This document shows positions 61,992 to 64,000 of a stretch of DNA of 64,000 bases, piece after piece; the stretch's first letter is position 1; every line of letters begins with the position of its first letter. Source of the DNA: an uncultured Thermoplasmata archaeon (GTDB lineage: Archaea; Thermoplasmatota; Thermoplasmata; Lutacidiplasmatales; UBA184); contig CAWDQO010000005.1 of assembly GCA_963804525.1 (NCBI GenBank), positions 738,844 to 802,843 on the forward strand, given 5' to 3'. The notes under the pieces were generated by a model. That model did no database searches and was not told the origin of the DNA. It saw only the letters and a program-made list of their open reading frames with translations. The position numbers were made by a program, and so were the translations under genes.

Positions 61992-64000
61992 CTACGAGAA
62001 CGACCCGGTGACCGTCCCCGAGCCGTCGAGCGTCACGTACGTCGACGCCTTCGTCGATGCGAACGTGATTGTTCCCGTGGTGACCGTCTTGCTCCAGCCG
62101 CTGAACGACACGCTCGTGCCGTTCTCCGCCATGAGCGGGAGGACCGTCCCACCGAGGTAGTAGCCGGTTCCCGAGGGGGAGATCGAGCCGCCCGCGGTGC
62201 CGCCCGTCTGGAACGTCACCTGGTACTCCTCCCCGTAGACGACCGCCACGTACGCCTCGGTCGGCACCGCGAGGGAGCCGGACGACGGCAGCGCGTCCCA
62301 CTGGATCCCGACCCCGCCGTACATGTTGGTCGAGGCGCCCCAGCTGTACGACCCGTAGGAGACTCCCGTCACGTTGATCCACGGCGAGGACGAGTAATAG
62401 ATCTGCCCGGAGAGGGAAACGCCCCACGTCGTCCCGCTCGGCAGACCGTACTCGACGTAGTGGACCGTCGCCACGGGGACGACGAAGTTCGCCGTCAGCG
62501 TCGCCGGGCCCTTGACCGTGAACGCGGTCGAGGCCTTGGATGGGCTCGTCACGGTGAGGTTGGTGCTGCTCGCCGTCCACGACGTGAACTTGTACGTCGT
62601 GGTCCCGACCCCGTCGTTGACGCCCTGGCTGCCTGCCGGGTACCATCCGGAGCCGTACGACACGCCCGCGCCCGAGTACTGCGGGTTGACGGCCATCGTG
62701 ACGTAGTACTCCTTGACGTAGACGAACGTGATCGAGTTCGTCTCACCGAAGTACCAATACCCGCTCGCCGTCTGGCTCTCCGGGTAGTACTGGACACCGT
62801 ACTGACTGGTTCCGAGCGGACTGTACGCCTGCCAGCTGGCCGCAGCGGTGAGCCCGGTCACGGCGATCGACCCCGCCGTCGAGGTGTACTGGTTCCCGTT
62901 GAAGGTAACCCCCCAGCCGGTTCCCGCGGGGAGTCCGACCTGGTAGAACGTCAGCGAGCAGGTCGTGCAGGCGGTTCCCGTGACGAACTTCGCCGTCAGG
63001 GTTCCGGTCCCGGCGATCGTCGCGTTCGTGCCCGCGGTCGATTTGCTGTTGATCCCGAGGACCGCCGAGCTGCTCGACGACCATCCGGAGAACTGCCAGG
63101 TGCCCGAGTCCCACGCGGTGATCGGCAGGTTGGTGCCGTTCGTGTAATAGGCGCTGCCGACGGTCGGGGTCGTCGACCCGGACGAGGAGGGGTTCGTCGC
63201 GAACGTGACGTCGAACTGCTTGACGAACACGATCGCCTGGGTCGTCAGGTACGGGACCGACATCGTGCCGCTCGCGGGGCTGGGAGCGTACGAGATCCCG
63301 TGCGGCAGGGCGACGGCAGAGACGGTCCAGCTGATCCCGCCCGCAGCGTGGGAACCGGTCGCGATCGTCGCGGTGCCGCTGAGGTAGGAGGTGCCGCCGT
63401 ACACGACCGACCACGACGTTCCGGTCGGGAGTCCGACCTCAGTGAACGTCGTCGCGTACTTGGTCGCGTTGAAGTGGGCGGTGACCGTGCCGGTCCCGAG
63501 GACCGTCAGTTCGGTCGCGGGGCGGGTCGCGACGCCCAGGACGAAGTTCGTGGTCTTCGTCGCGGTCCAGTCATGGAACGCGTAGCCGTAGGTCGCGGCC
63601 GCCTGGATCTCGAGGGTCGAGCCGCTGTTGTACCAGTTGGTCCCGGGGTTCGCCGACCCCGAGCTGACCGGCGTCACGCCGAAGTTGACGTAGTACTGGG
63701 TCGTGAACGGGTCGGTGATGGTGAGCTGGTTCGGCACGGTGATGCAACCGTACGTCGAGTAGGCCACGTACCGGGTCGTCGTCGGCGAGCCCGTGACCGG
63801 GCTCGTGACGCTGTAGCAGTACGAGCCGGCCGAGAGGCCGGAGTAGGTCAGCGTGGACCCGGTTCCGGAGTTCGTCACGCTGTTGAACACCGCCGTCCAG
63901 CTCGTCCCCGCCGGGAGCCCGGTCTCGTTGATGGCGACCGAGTAGGTCGTCGTCGCCGAGACGAGTCCGGTCCCGAGGTTCCCCAAAAGCAATGCCACGA
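61992..64000 (-). CDS. Surface protein built from repeated GLPxGTxW (thermopsin-type) modules; 5' end at or beyond the window edge
   Basis: ORF 61992..63998(-). INETGLPAGTSWTAVFNS, FTEVGLPTGTSWSVVYGG, FYQVGLPAGTGWGVTFNG and VEYGLPSGTTWGVSLSG, at a period of about 170-190 aa, with interleaved F.GW modules (FHDWTAT, FSGWSSS, FTSWTAS, FSGWSKT). Confidence 0.8.
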   Translation of the reverse strand, partial: VALLLGNLGTGLVSATTTYSVAINETGLPAGTSWTAVFNSVTNSGTGSTLTYSGLSAGSYCYSVTSPVTGSPTTTRYVAYSTYGCITVPNQLTITDPFTTQYYVNFGVTPVSSGSANPGTNWYNSGSTLEIQAAATYGYAFHDWTATKTTNFVLGVATRPATELTVLGTGTVTAHFNATKYATTFTEVGLPTGTSWSVVYGGTSYLSGTATIATGSHAAGGISWTVSAVALPHGISYAPSPASGTMSVPYLTTQAIVFVKQFDVTFATNPSSSGSTTPTVGSAYYTNGTNLPITAWDSGTWQFSGWSSSSSAVLGINSKSTAGTNATIAGTGTLTAKFVTGTACTTCSLTFYQVGLPAGTGWGVTFNGNQYTSTAGSIAVTGLTAAASWQAYSPLGTSQYGVQYYPESQTASGYWYFGETNSITFVYVKEYYVTMAVNPQYSGAGVSYGSGWYPAGSQGVNDGVGTTTYKFTSWTASSTNLTVTSPSKASTAFTVKGPATLTANFVVPVATVHYVEYGLPSGTTWGVSLSGQIYYSSSPWINVTGVSYGSYSWGASTNMYGGVGIQWDALPSSGSLAVPTEAYVAVVYGEEYQVTFQTGGTAGGSISPSGTGYYLGGTVLPLMAENGTSVSFSGWSKTVTTGTITFASTKASTYVTLDGSGTVTGSFS

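Overview
Very GC-rich archaeal chromosomal segment. The archaeal call rests on TFB, Gar1, an Hjc-type resolvase, the thiolase/DUF35 pair, a bifunctional PGI/PMI and TATA boxes about 25-35 nt upstream of starts. The PGI/PMI and thermopsin-type GLPxGxxW surface repeats hint at a Thermoplasmatota-like lineage, but that is inference only. I can support about 65 protein genes and 3 tRNAs. I saw no rRNA, CRISPR array, transposase or integrase.

Gene content:
- Information processing: tfb, gar1, hjc-like, and an EVE/HD pair.
- Lipid, CoA and redox metabolism: thiolase/DUF35, hydroxyacyl-CoA dehydrogenase, acyl-CoA synthetase, thioesterase, SCP2, formate dehydrogenase and hutU.
- A lower-GC block of small detoxification and redox genes (about 38.5-45.9 kb) that ends at tRNA-Thr.
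- Many heavily N-glycosylation-sequon-rich surface proteins.

Observations most worth a second look:
1. Both tRNA-Ser genes carry a 31-33 nt insertion inside the T-loop.
2. A ThiS/MoaD/SAMP-like ORF ending in GG abuts tRNA-Ser(CGA) and has no usable start codon.
3. A tight three-gene PKD-domain operon ends in a two-pass membrane protein with a cytoplasmic winged-helix domain.
4. A membrane / Zn-ribbon / SPFH-with-three-Zn-ribbons operon sits just downstream of a giant TPR protein that ends in a binuclear Cys/His finger.
5. An uncharacterised AAA+ (wHTH) gene is paired with an overlapping small Zn-ribbon gene.
6. Two tandem single-domain KaiC-like ATPases are present, the first carrying a Pro-rich tail of about 460 aa that includes a run of 15 prolines.
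7. An exact 13-mer is repeated three times in intergenic DNA.

Major caveat: at least 14 otherwise recognisable genes change reading frame once or twice, mostly at G/C homopolymers. This looks like indel error in the assembly rather than biology, so gene boundaries given here are conceptual repairs. Most long ORFs in the supplied track are antisense or off-frame artefacts of the high GC content.
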